Assembly: GCA_002633005.1 (NCBI GenBank)
Contig: NMRA01000362.1
Span: 394,968-458,967 of the forward strand
Length of the DNA: 64,000 nt
Reading direction: 5' to 3'
DNA from: Phoronis australis
Taxonomy: Eukaryota > Animalia > Phoronida
The position numbers and the translations under genes were made by a program. Of this stretch, positions 1 to 12,300 are shown piece by piece (the stretch's first letter is position 1; each line of letters begins with the position of its first letter). The notes below the pieces were generated by a model, which worked only from the letters and a program-made list of their open reading frames with translations, was not told the origin of the DNA and searched no databases.

Positions 1-540
1 TTTATGTACCTATCAAAAGCATTTGACATCATTGATCATTCGATTCCTTTAGTAAAACGAACATATTATGGTATCTCTATTATTGAATCTTTTTGGTTTC
101 GCAGTTACCTTGAAGACAGAGTTTGATATCGTTATTTCGTCATGCCTCGATATTACAACTGGTGTATCCTAAGACTCTATTTCAAAACCACTGTTGTTTT
201 TGATATATGTAATTGACGTACACACCTTTTGCAACACTAATTTTTTGTTTGCTGATGACACTTGTCTCTTTACTTTTTTCATTTGACTGATCAATAACAA
301 CCTCTAAAATGCCTCTAATTGGCTTTATGCAAATGAAATCTTCAAATATAAGTAAATTGAAGTCATTCTATTCCACTTCCAACACAATTTTTTTATCATG
401 GCACTTCCTCACAAATGAAAGCATTTAAAATCCTTGGCATTTTTCTAGATGACTCACTCACATGGAATAAACAATGAAGTCAGTAAAATTTCTAATAAAA
501 TTGACAAAACAGTTGGAGTTTTGTCGATCTTGAAGTGACA
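1..540 (+). mobile_element. Decayed non-LTR retrotransposon (CR1/L2-type) reverse transcriptase fragment
   Basis: Conceptual translation gives FMYLSKAFDIIDHSI..YYG (cf. FLDLSKAFDTVDH), TGVS*DSISKPLLFLIYVID (cf. GVPQGSILGPLLFLIYIND) and LFADDT, broken by stops and frameshifts. The 3' limit is approximate. Confidence 0.85.
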
Positions 541-3392
541 TTATCGCTTTACGGTCAAAAAACGCAATTTGGGGAGCATTGTTAGATTTGATAGACTTCT
601 TTAAATTCCTAGTTTTGACCATATCTACAAAACAACGAAAACCGTTATTTTTGTGATTTTATTGCAAATCGCCAATTCTCGCAGTTGCCTGTCAAACATT
701 CTCTGAAATCAAGGCTGGTGTGTCAGTGCTACTTAAACACGCTTAAAATACCCTGGATCTGGTTCAGCGATAGAGCGTACACTCCTACTGTGGAGATAGT
801 AAGCTCGGGATTTTAGTCAGATAGAACATAGACCAGTTTTCTTCACTGAATAACGAGCATCACCCTGTGGGCGAGTTATATCCGATTATTGCCGAACATT
901 ACTTACGTCATGCTTTGCCCGGCCCTCCCTATTTGTAAAAATTAAACACCTTACACATTAAAATTAAATTTCTTATTATACTACAAGTTAAAAATAACTA
1001 ACTTCTTTTTTATAATTGTGACAGTAAGTTTATCGAACCCCATCAGTCTTGCGGAAATACAGGAGCTGTAATTAACTCTCTCATGTACTCGTGCTTTTTT
1101 GCTGACCGAATCAATATCCGTCCTATGTTATCTATTCTCTGTTAACTTTTAAAAAGAGCAGTCGTCGAAAATATCTGAAATACAAAACACCTTTTTGTTA
1201 ACAGTAACTGTCTTCTGCATGATATTGTTGGTGAAATCAACACTCATAGTATAAATAAGCGTCTGACTGATAAGCATAAAGTCCTGACACTGTTCAGTTT
1301 GGGAAACCCTACAAACCATTCTAATTGTACGGGGGCGCTTTCCTCTTGCTTGGAATTGAACAACTGTGTCGGTAAATTAACATTAACAAAATTGGTACAC
1401 ATATCCGTTCAAAACGTAGTTTCTTGAAGAACAGTTATTACACAAGAATGCACTCTTTCACACTCATGTCTAATAAACTAGAGCAGACAACGCATTTTAC
1501 TTCCTGGTTTCATGTTACATCATTGAACAATATCAGTTGCAAGCAAGAGGATTTCGCTAGTGTTCTGTTGCGTTCTTTAGCTACCACTTGGTCCCTAGAG
1601 GTCGAACTGCAACACGAATCACTTAATCGGTCAGTAGTGCCGTTGTGTTTAATCTCACAGGCGCACAGTTATACAACTCTGGCCGGTTTACGGAAGCAAT
1701 GTCTTAAGAAAAAGCGACACGCTTCATTAATACACAAGGGACATGCAGTCGCTGAACCAAAATCTTAGACTTAACGAGTAGAATAGAGAGATAATAAAGT
1801 GGGTGAATTGAAACAATCCACCAGTGACTGGAATTGGTAGCGGAGATCAATTATTAACAACTTCCAAGACACTACGACTTGTATATTTACGTCGATGGCG
1901 ATCGAGAGATAGGGAGATACATAGATTGTTAGATAGTTTATTCTAGCCATGATAGTCCTACGGTAAATACATATACGTAGAAGAACAATAGTAAAGGCTA
2001 GAAGAGACCCTCGAGGCTTCTCGCATGTAGGACACGTGGTACTAAAACTACATGGAAACTGTCTACAACAAAAATAAAGCCTAAAACCTAAGAATACTAA
2101 TACTAAACAAAATGCCGCATACATACAATATTTTAAACTAATTTAGAGTACCATGACACTGTACACGAATTAGAAACAAAGAAATTCAAAAGGGTGCATG
2201 AGGCATAACACAGAATACCTTAACAAAATAAGATTTGTGGGTTCGGTCATACTTGGAACTGGGCTCATTATCTGAAATCGGAAGAGACAGCCGGTGAGGA
2301 AATTTTAGTCGGCAGGTTCAGTGCAAGAAATAGATATATTGCTAATGACAGGATTACCCGTATTACGACTGGCAAAATGTCGTATACACGCAGGCTTACT
2401 TCTCTTGCATATGCCATTCAGTAGTTCGCAAAACAGAATCTATTGTGGCAGGATGTTTAAAAAGCCGGCGTGCTTAGCACACTTACGATACTCAACCGAC
2501 ACATATAAGCCACGTCCTGTAGACCTCAAGACAGCCTGCTTTTGCGATGAGAAGTCCTCGCTGATGTAACAGGAACAGTGAATTAAGTCTCACCTTTCAA
2601 CCTCATCGAACAGTTACTTCGGTGCCCGCCATGATGCTAGAATTGGTTATAAGAGGCCGCGCTGAATAGTTATCAGTAGGTTTTGCCTGGCAGTTCACAC
2701 ATTATTGGCCCTGATCCTTTTTTCCACTCTGTCGAAAACTATGAACAAAATGAGAAGTTGTGTATCAATTCACATCAAAATGGCTGCACATGACCACAGT
2801 AAAATCATTCTGCCTCATATTTTAGCTCTTTCACTTCCACCGAAAAAAGAACCGAGGCCCCGAATAAATTTCATCCCAAAACCCCTGACCACTTCTCTGC
2901 CAATGCTAAATATATACCAGCACTACAATTCGAAAACACTGTTTCTACTGACTCCAACAAGTAGTCCAAATGTGCTGCTCTCTGGCAATCAGATTTTTTT
3001 TGCAATTATGGGTTATTTGAGGGCTACCTTAAATCGCATAAGATTTCTTGGGTGCTACGTAGAAATGCAACAATGCTACTACATACGAGACCGCCATTTG
3101 AAGAGAAGTGGCCACACAATTGGGCTTTCCTCATTCCCAACATGTTCACCAGTACAAACAAACCAGATTCATTGAACCTATTAGTAATGTCTACCTCAAA
3201 ACTGCCGCCTAGCCTCACCTACATAAACTATCTAATCTCTATGCAGGTCAAATATTGGCCGAAGCTATACTCCAACTGTACAATGACAGCTTCGTAAGCT
3301 CCATTTTTCTCTCGCGTGATTTTGCGTAGTTTTGAGACATCTTGCTGGTCAACGAAACACACTCTTACACGATTTCGCGTAAACTACGGAAA

Positions 3393-3715
3393 CATGGGCG
3401 GCGCAGCACTGGAAAAAAAGTGGAGGTTATCTCCCTATGGTGCACCGTCCATAGACAATGCATGCGCGCACCCAGCCTTCAATATGGGGGGGCTCGAATT
3501 CTTGCCGTTGTGGACCTTTTGGTAACAAAAAGGCGGGCGGACTACAAAAAACGGGGGCACCACTTTGAATTGCGCGTTTAGGGGAGTTTTGTCTCATTTT
3601 CTCGGACTTTTTTTTCCTCAGAGATGGACCTTTTTGTCCACTTCGCCAAATGGGAGGGCTCGTTCGAGCCTCCCCCCCCCTCCTGGGTGCGCGCATGCGA
3701 TGGGCGCCGCCCATG
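3393..3715. mobile_element. Outer MITE with TIRs CATGGGCGGCGC...GCGCCGCCCATG
   Basis: Perfect 12-bp terminal inverted repeats at 3393-3404 and 3704-3715; no clear TSD. Confidence 0.6.
3461..3697 (+). mobile_element. MITE family A (TIR CATGCGCGCACCCAG), nested in the outer MITE
   Basis: 15-bp TIRs; homologous copy in inverted orientation at 13179-13482 and a partial copy at ~22101-22307. Confidence 0.8.
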
Positions 3716-6207
3716 AGACAGTGTAATTCATGTCCTTCTTTCATAAGGTAAAAGCTTTTAAATAACTGGGTAAATGTGTTGAAACTGCTGCGTTTGAGCT
3801 CAGACCACTTGTGGTCTGAGGTTTAAGCTTTTACCGAAACTGTTATGTCGAAATCGAAACTGATTTAAAATCACAAGGCTGTAACTTTCACTTCCGCCTG
3901 TCGTGCTCACAAAATTGAAGCAAGCATCCGAAGTATCCAATTTTGTGACGGCTCATTTATGAGGGTGCATTTCTTGAAGAGGAGATTGTCATGCGATTGA
4001 TTGTGGCCTCTAGCACTGTGGGTTGCAATAACGCCGACTATATATTGTCGTGTTTTTATTAGACAACAAATATGCGATTCTGTTTTTTTTTTTTACCAGA
4101 GAATAATTACATTAAGACGTCAGTTGTTACTAGAGGCAATCGTGAGTCCAAATTCGTCAATCACGGGAGGGGTAGTTTTGATTTCTTCTGCGGGAAGGAG
4201 AGAGCAATTGTCGCTTGCTCTTTACAGTGTGAGTTATTCAAATTGCATGGATGTAATTTTGTTGGAACAGAAACCAAAAACTCATGCTTTCTATGTTACA
4301 GATTAGATATCATGGCTCTTGGTGGCTGGTCTTTCCCCACAGTTGTTCGTGTAGCTCGCCAAAAGCGTAGGTCTCGTTAGCAGCTTTTGCTATTAGGAGT
4401 TTTCAACTTTTGCTCCAAATTTTTAGGGTTGTCGAGGGTTACGGGTTCCGGGAGAACTGTATCGGAATGTCGTTTTAATATCTCTTAATAGGCCAAAATC
4501 AGGTTTGGTATCCTTTTAATCGAATAGTTTTGGGTTTAAATAATTGACACGCTCATCCGATTTTGATTTGTTGTGGACACTGCCACGGTCTCGACTGGCC
4601 ACATTAGAGGCGGTGGCCATCCCGTAAGCAATCCATATGCCGGAAGCTTTTCGACGAATTATGCATCACACTCATTAAACCGTCGAAGTCCTGGTGCTAA
4701 CAGTACCGCACATGCGCATAACGAGACACCTTAGGAGACCGTTTGTCTTTAACTCTTCCCAGTTATGACTTCAAACTCATGACATCCATTGCAGTCGTAC
4801 ACGTAGCTGTACTCGTCAATCTATTAGTCAATAGTAGATCTGATTGGCATTAGATTCTGAGCGGTCGAATAAGACGACTGGACCTGATCTAACAGATCGT
4901 GTAAATTCAATTCCACCAAATGCCGCTGGTTATTTAAAATTTCCTTTCATTGAATGACTGATTAAAGGGATTTAATCATAGATAGCCCAGATGATAAAGT
5001 CCGCGACTTTTCATCAAGTAAGTGATTGATTTCAACATCGTCTCCGTCTAGCTCTAGGAGCTTTGTCGTCAACGAAAAGACCATACATACTGTTCAGTGA
5101 ACTCCTTCCGTAGCGCCGGAATGTCGCGAGAGGAAGATAGCGAGACCACGACCTTCCTTCGTAATACGCATGGCCAAGGAATGTTTAGGATAACGTCATT
5201 TTGACGTAATTATGACGTTTTGGACCCAGTGTGACGGCATGTCTATTCTTATTTCCGGGTCCAAATTGCGTCATATACTGCCATGACACGTCATCACTAA
5301 ACATCAATATACCTCGCGATGCCTTGCGTGATCTAGCACTGCGGAACGCAGCTCGTCTTGAATGTAGCGAGGGTCGGTTCAAGCGTTCTGGTCCTGCTGT
5401 TATGGAGGTCTGCAAAGTGACCACGCCATAAATGTTGCAGGAATAGAATGGAATGTGTCATCTAAAGACAATAAGTTATTTGAAACCCTCACACGATCAA
5501 CTTTAAGCAACGCGTTTCAAGTTTCAGTGTTAAAATGCGCACACGAGGCCTACTTCTTTCCACTTTGTTCAATGTTGCGTTCTTTTGACGACCATAAAGT
5601 GTTGTTCAGAACATATATCGTGAACAAAACGGAGAGTGTTCTATTGTTGACACAAAGTTACGTTTTTCAGCAATTGATGTTTGAGTACCACTCCAAACTT
5701 GGGAACACAAAATCTCGATTTTTATTGTGTTTAATTTTTTTACCAGCACGATGTTTTTATTGGAGGTTCGTTATAAACATTGAACGAATTTTTTAGATTA
5801 AAAATCTTGGAAGCTAGTTATGGAAAATCCTAGACAAGGTTTTCAACATTTTTATCAAAATTTAGCGAATGATGGTGAAAGGAATTTCCCTGTCAGCGTA
5901 CCTTTTGCCAAAACGTATGGTCATGTGACCAAGGGAATGTTACGGTGTTTTGCATCGACCCCCTATTTCAGACAATATATACTTTTATGGGGTGAAAACC
6001 GCCAGTTACGTGGATACTTCAGCAAGAACTCGTCTTAGGGGCATACCTAACCTTAATGTTGCAGGCTACAAATACGACTCCGGTGAAGAACGCAAACAGT
6101 GCCGTCAACGACATGGAAGCCGGCACGGCTCGACAATATGAATAGCATGTGTTGTTTTTGTTGGAAACAGTCGACTTTTTTATCACTCGTATTTCCATTC
6201 TTTGCAG

Positions 6208-6306
6208 ATGTCATGGTACCAATTGACGACAGTCTTGATGGTAGCTGGTACTCGAACACCTGTGATGTCGGTCACCGATAGAATAGCGTCTCGGAACAAC
6301 GGCACG
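6208..6306 (+). CDS. GPCR putative coding exon 1 (MSWYQLTTVLMVAG...SRNNGT)
   Basis: Pyrimidine tract tttgcag directly before the ATG; donor ACG|GTAAAT in phase 0 matches the next acceptor. Confidence 0.55.
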
Positions 6307-9300
6307 GTAAATCTTTATACGTCAGCAGTAGAGTATTTCAAAACTCTTCAACAATATTGTTAGCCTGCATGTTGTTTCCACTTCCATAACCCAATGACAC
6401 ATTTTATAGACTATTAAAGTTGTCGACCCTCGCTATGAATGCTTTCACCCACTAGGCTAATCACTCGCCAGAGAAATTAGTTTCTGTACGTGTGAATGGT
6501 CCGGATTTTTATCATGGTCCTTTTCCAAATTTGGCCCAACCCTGCGAATGGCTGTTTCTAAGTAGCACACAGTGCTATTAGGAATCTTTCACATTGTCCG
6601 TTTGCGTGCGAGCCCAAATTAGGCAATGAGCGCGTGAGTCTGAGATACTACAAGCACGAAAACAGTCAGCCTCCCAATGGTGTTGATCGGTTTAGCTGGT
6701 TGCAGCCTCGTCCCCATCCCTCGCGAAGATCGATTAGCCATTTGAAGCCTGGTGAGGAGAAATTTACTTCAATTTCAGAATGCAGACACATTTACGGAAA
6801 TCACCGGAACATCACGAGTGATAAGTTACATCACAACTGAAATTAAGACTTCACTAAAAAGCAAGACTTTGCGAGATTATGTGAAATATTGTCATGTATT
6901 TTAAAGAGAACACGTGGTTTTGGCTAGATTTTTCTAGTCGCGAGACAGCTACTGAACTTTACCAAGTATCTTCTGCTTCCGAATAACTAATGGTAGCAAC
7001 AACGACACTGGTGAAAATAGTTAAAATCTGTTTTTAGATCTTGTTTGGTTTCCGGAAAAACGTAATCAAATTTAAGGATAAGAATCCTCAAGAACTGGTA
7101 TTGACGATTTATTGTGTCGCTGATCAGCGGTGAACGTCGTCTACGACCAATCAGGGAGCATAAAGGGTATGTCCTCACCAGCTTAAGCCTCAAATGTATG
7201 CGCCATCTTGAGGCTTGGGGACGAGACTGAGCCATTTGAGGCTTGGTGAGGAGATATCCCTTCAGCGCGTTGATTGGTCGAAGACAAACGCTCATAGCTG
7301 ACAAGAGCCGCACGAGAAAAACTTCAAACACTTGAATATTTGAATACTTAAATACCAGTTCTTGAAGATTCTTGTCCTTTTACATCTTCGATAAACTTGA
7401 ATATTTTTTTCACAAACTGAACAAGGTCCAAACACAGATTTTGACTATTTTCACAGGCGTTGCTGTTGCTATCATTCGTGGTTCGGAAGCAGAAGTTGTT
7501 TAAAAGGTCACAGTGCTCGTGTACATATCGTCAATTCTGTTTTGTTGAAAGCACCATAGAAATTATCCTGCTTTTGAATTTCAATACATCAAATTTTCAA
7601 TGATCTAAGCCTAAATTGCTGCATAAATACCGCTCGTCACACTACAGCAAATTTCAGAGGTGATTTAACTTAATATTACTCGTGATTTCCGTAAAAATAT
7701 ATCACCAAGCCTCAAATGGCTAAACCGATCAACGCCATCTTGAGGTTTGGGAACGAGGCTGAACAACGGTGGAAGGCGTAAGTGGCGAGAACAACCGACC
7801 TCACTTGTGAAACACAATGCCAGGTTGACAGCAAAGCTATAACAGTAATATTATAGGAGGTCATCAATGTATAAATAAATGCTGGTAACTGTGCTTGGGT
7901 AGGATTATTATTTTGTTAGAAACTGCACCTTTGGGTCTACGCCTAAAATATTTAAATTCAATATGTCTGCGTGGCTGTTCATTGACTAACCTGTAGGCAC
8001 CGCGTCTTTAGCATATTTTTGACTGCATGTGCTGGCCGTCATGAGATTCTTTCGATAACGATTAAGCTTCTACCCTCTCACAACCGAGATGCCGCCAGTT
8101 AGTCGACCATTAGGTACTAATGATTAAACTTCTACCCTCTCATAATCGAGATGCCGCCAGTTAGTTCGGACCATTATGTACCTTAACAGAAGCTGTAGCG
8201 TTTCTGGAAATTTGAACTGAATTACTTTCTAAAAACCGTCAACATTTTTGGTTAGGATGGTTTATTGAAGTTTTTTTGCAACTTAGGTGGATTTCAACCT
8301 TTGAGGATTTTTAAAGTGCATTATTGTATGAACTGATATCTCTATTTTTCATTGCTACCCATAGAAGTATTGTACATTCATCCGTTCCTGCCCGTGTCCG
8401 CGATGAATTGCTCCCGGTTATGTTTCACCATAAGAGACTTGCCTTGATTACAGCTCACACTTCTTATTCACTCATATAAAAATATATATGAAAATTCAAA
8501 TAAAGCGTGCTAAAGTGCAGGGTCTGCAATGCCACGTGATCTAAGACTTAATTTAAAAGTGTGGTCCTACACAACTATAATCTCACCCGGTCTCTACAAA
8601 GTTTCTGAAAATATACACATAACTGCTAGTTATTGAGATAAATTCTATGAATTATGTCTAGATTGTGATACACTAATGATTACTTGGCTAAACCTTTTTC
8701 AGCAGCAAAAGAGAAGTGGGAGTACATATCAGACTAAATTTCTGTCTAAAGTTACTTTCATGAAACACACCAGAGGGAGCGATTTTTCTCGCACACGGAT
8801 GCGTGTTTGCCTATTGACCCACGTAACCAGACCTGATAAGTTACATTGTTCCCTTGGTTTCGTATGGTAACAATAGATTAGGTGATATTGTAGTTATTTT
8901 TTACTGACCTATCAACATATCAACATGGCAGAAGAGTGGCGGGTTTAGGGGGGAACGTGCCTCCACCTAAAATTCTCCCAGATTCTATTTGGCACTTCGG
9001 GGGCTGCGAATGTCTGACGGGAAAATCCTGGCCAATACTCTGCCCTGCCCCGGCCCCCCACCCCAACTCAAAATCTTGGGTCTGCCTCTGGAAGAAAATG
9101 TACACAGTGATGTTACAGACACATCTGCCGGGCAGACATTCCCTTAGATTTATCGTCTCCTTTGTTCTGCTCCGACTCGATCAGTCCCAATGCGCTAGAC
9201 AACAATGAATATTCCTAGTTAGTTAAATGGAAGTATGCAACCTCTGGATTAGTTCATCATGCAGTTAAAGTTCTGTAACCAAGCGATAGTGTCATTAGAA

Positions 9301-12300
9301 TACGAGGTATGTACGTTACCAGTTCCAAGAACTTCAGATGACGGTCAATAGTTCGTTGACCATTTCAATTTAAATTGATACATGATGCTATGGATCGTGT
9401 CCATGTTTCTATTTTCAATTTTCGTTTAGAGAATTTTGAAACGTGGAATGTTGACTCGATATTGAAAACTCGATTTTCATTGGGCTAAAGTTGAAAAAAG
9501 AAATTTTGACGGTTCAATCTTTTAGTTGCAACCTTACAATCAATCACAGCTCTGCAATTCTAAAGAATAATTCGTCTGGTTGAAGGTTGTACGCCATTCG
9601 CGCCCGTGGCTGGTTGACTTTATTCTCGTACCAAACGTCTATTTGTTCGTGCTGACGGACCAACACGCATTGTCTTGGCTAGTTGCAGCTCCAAGCGTTC
9701 AACATACTAGTTGTTAGGCGCATTTTGATTGGTTGTTTGGCAAGCGGTATCTGGATCTAGACACTCGTGAATCATTGGCTGAATTGTTGTTATTCAGATT
9801 GGAAATGAAACACTGAAACATTGGTCATTATTTCAATTTTCTCTGGTCAAAACTAATAACTTCAGGTGGTCTGTCCAATCCAACAAGGATCCCCCAAAGG
9901 CGTCTTCGGCTATAAAGCCGATAATGGCTCTTAAATGTTACGCTAATTACTAATTTACTTCGTAAGCCAACACTAGCGTGTATGATCTCTAGCCAAAGCC
10001 ATCTCCACATAGATACCACGTGCGAGTATTTGCAGACGAAAAGGCACGACCTTATCTTGTGATGTCGGTCATCGAAATCAATGCGACGCGACTGTTTATG
10101 TTTTCGATAACTGGGTTTCATTTCTGCTGCTTCTCTTAGTCGTAAATTTTTCAGATAACCGAGATTTTCGAGGTCTTGCCTAAGCTAGGGTTTCCCAGTC
10201 AATAGTCGCGTTGAGTCGTCACTTGTCTGCTGCATCCTGATTTTAAAGACACTTTTCCTTTTCAATAACAGAACACAGGGCAAGTTTTGTCAGTCGAAAG
10301 ATATATCTAAAATGTAAACATTTCATAACTTTCAGACCTGTTTGTGTTTGCCTAATTTCACTAATATTTTTAAAGTTTTTTTTTTAAAAAGTAGTCGGAG
10401 TTTCCGCGGAAACCTCATTACAAATGGCGGCAGTTGAGTGAGTAGACATAATGCATGAGTCAGCTAGCACTCACTACTATGGTGGAGCACCACCAAAAAT
10501 AAAGATTAAACTAAAAAATCATAGTAAATTCAGTTAAGTTTGAACATGTTTGAATTTGTGCTGAATGAACACTATTTGGGCTTACGTTTCGACTAAATTA
10601 ACTCACAGGCGGATCAAGGATTCTTAAAATTTAACATTTCCAAAAATCTAGATTTGATATCGCTTAGGGAAAAAGGGGGTCCAGGGCCCCTTGACCGCCT
10701 GGATCCGCCTATGTAACGCGTTAGAATCCGCTTGATGACCCTTTTACTAAATGAAGCGGAAAGATCACCTGTAAGAGAAAGCAATTGCAAAGCGATATTC
10801 AAAATATGAAAGATAGTGCACCATTGAAAATTTCATTTGAATAAGAACGTTCATTTTTAATCGTAAGTTGTGCAATTGCAGTTTTTCTTCACTTGCTAAA
10901 ATATTTTTTGGCGACGATTGTTTTACAAAATCACATTCTTGTTTCACTCCGAAACGTACGTGTAGTGAATTTGTTCTTCGTGGCATCCATCTTAGTGAAA
11001 TTTTCACGTCTGTTAATGCCATATCCACTTCAATTAAAGTTCCAAAAAATTTTATTCTCGACTTGAAACATTTTGCCAAGCTTCTTTTTTTGTGCGGACT
11101 CACAAAATATCTTCGGTTATTTTTTGTTGAGCCGACTGGCGGTCGAGCCGGTCTCGCCACCTGGGGAGGCAGCAGACCGTCCAATCGTCGTTCCTATTAG
11201 ACGAATGCTCATCAAATTTTCTCATCTAAACCCGGATCAGTCTGGTTTTAACCTTCATGAGTCGTGAGTTTTGTCAGCCTTCGAAAATTGGGAGCAGGTT
11301 TGAAAACTTCACACAAAGTTTGCGAAATCTCAACCGTTACTAACTCACTTGCCTATGGAGAATAAACCCTGTAAATTAATGAAAGTAGTCCTTTAAACTC
11401 TTTATTAAGGGACATGATACGTAAAAACAAATTTCAAATTTTATTCGTTGCCTCGCATTTTTTATCTCCCTGGTAAAATGATTGCGTTCCCTGGCAAATG
11501 CTCTACTTCTCCTTGCATGCGTAAAATGTTACTGATTAAGACTTAGGCTAAAATGTGCAAATGGGAACAAATACGATCCCGAGAACTGTGAACGACTTCT
11601 AGCTCCGCCTGTTTGTGACGTGTCCTTGTGCAATTTCTCCGGTATGAGGTATTCGGAGTATGTCAAATTTCTTGTTTGGTCAATGCTGGTCTTGCTTATA
11701 AACTATAGAAAATATTAAACACTGGTGTGTTTAAGCTATGATATCCATGCACATTGTATTCAGGTTACGGACATTGGTAGTGTGAAACGTTCCAAACTAT
11801 ATTGATTGGAAATAAATATGCATTCAGTGTTTCTTCAGAAAGTCGTGTGAGTCTGTCTCCCTTCCTCACGAACCACAGGAACGTTCTCGTTAACAGCGTT
11901 CTCTGTGCAGAATATTGTCACGGGCTGTATGCTACCCAATTCTTTTCTAAGGTACGATTGCGCCTGTTTCCTTTGATAAAACGAGATCCTGATTTCTTCG
12001 CTACGTCACAGGAGTTGCCAAGTAAATGAAGTGCTATTTTTGACAGCAAAATCGAATAAGGACAAGTCCAACACAAAACAAAAAGTTCACCCGCATGAAA
12101 CACATAGCAAAACTTCAGATGATAGCTGTTTACAAATCTTGGTCAAATTCTCCATCGCTTTCAATATTCTGAAAATGTATCACTCAGGTTTCGCGAAAGC
12201 GACTAAAGACAGAAAGTTGATTTTACGCCCAATTACTGGAAACAGGTTTAGGCAAATATAGAAATACTTTATAGAAATTATAACTAGTAGTTTTTTGCAT

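Noticed and set aside
2585-2640. Minus-strand ATGGCG...AAG|GTGAGA first-exon-like segment
   Set aside because: The ATG frame stops after 9 codons and no downstream exon is identifiable.
2705-3297. 156-aa and 81-aa ORFs
   Set aside because: No splice support or domain; at most a faint resemblance to a LINE ORF2 C-terminus.
3316-3744. Overlapping ORFs of 69-105 aa (also 13121-13649 and 8920-9208)
   Set aside because: They fall in GC-rich MITE copies and show no protein-like motifs.
4100-4640. Possible minus-strand LINE endonuclease-linker remnant (DGHRPLM ... EP*IS)
   Set aside because: Too degenerate to support without a database search.
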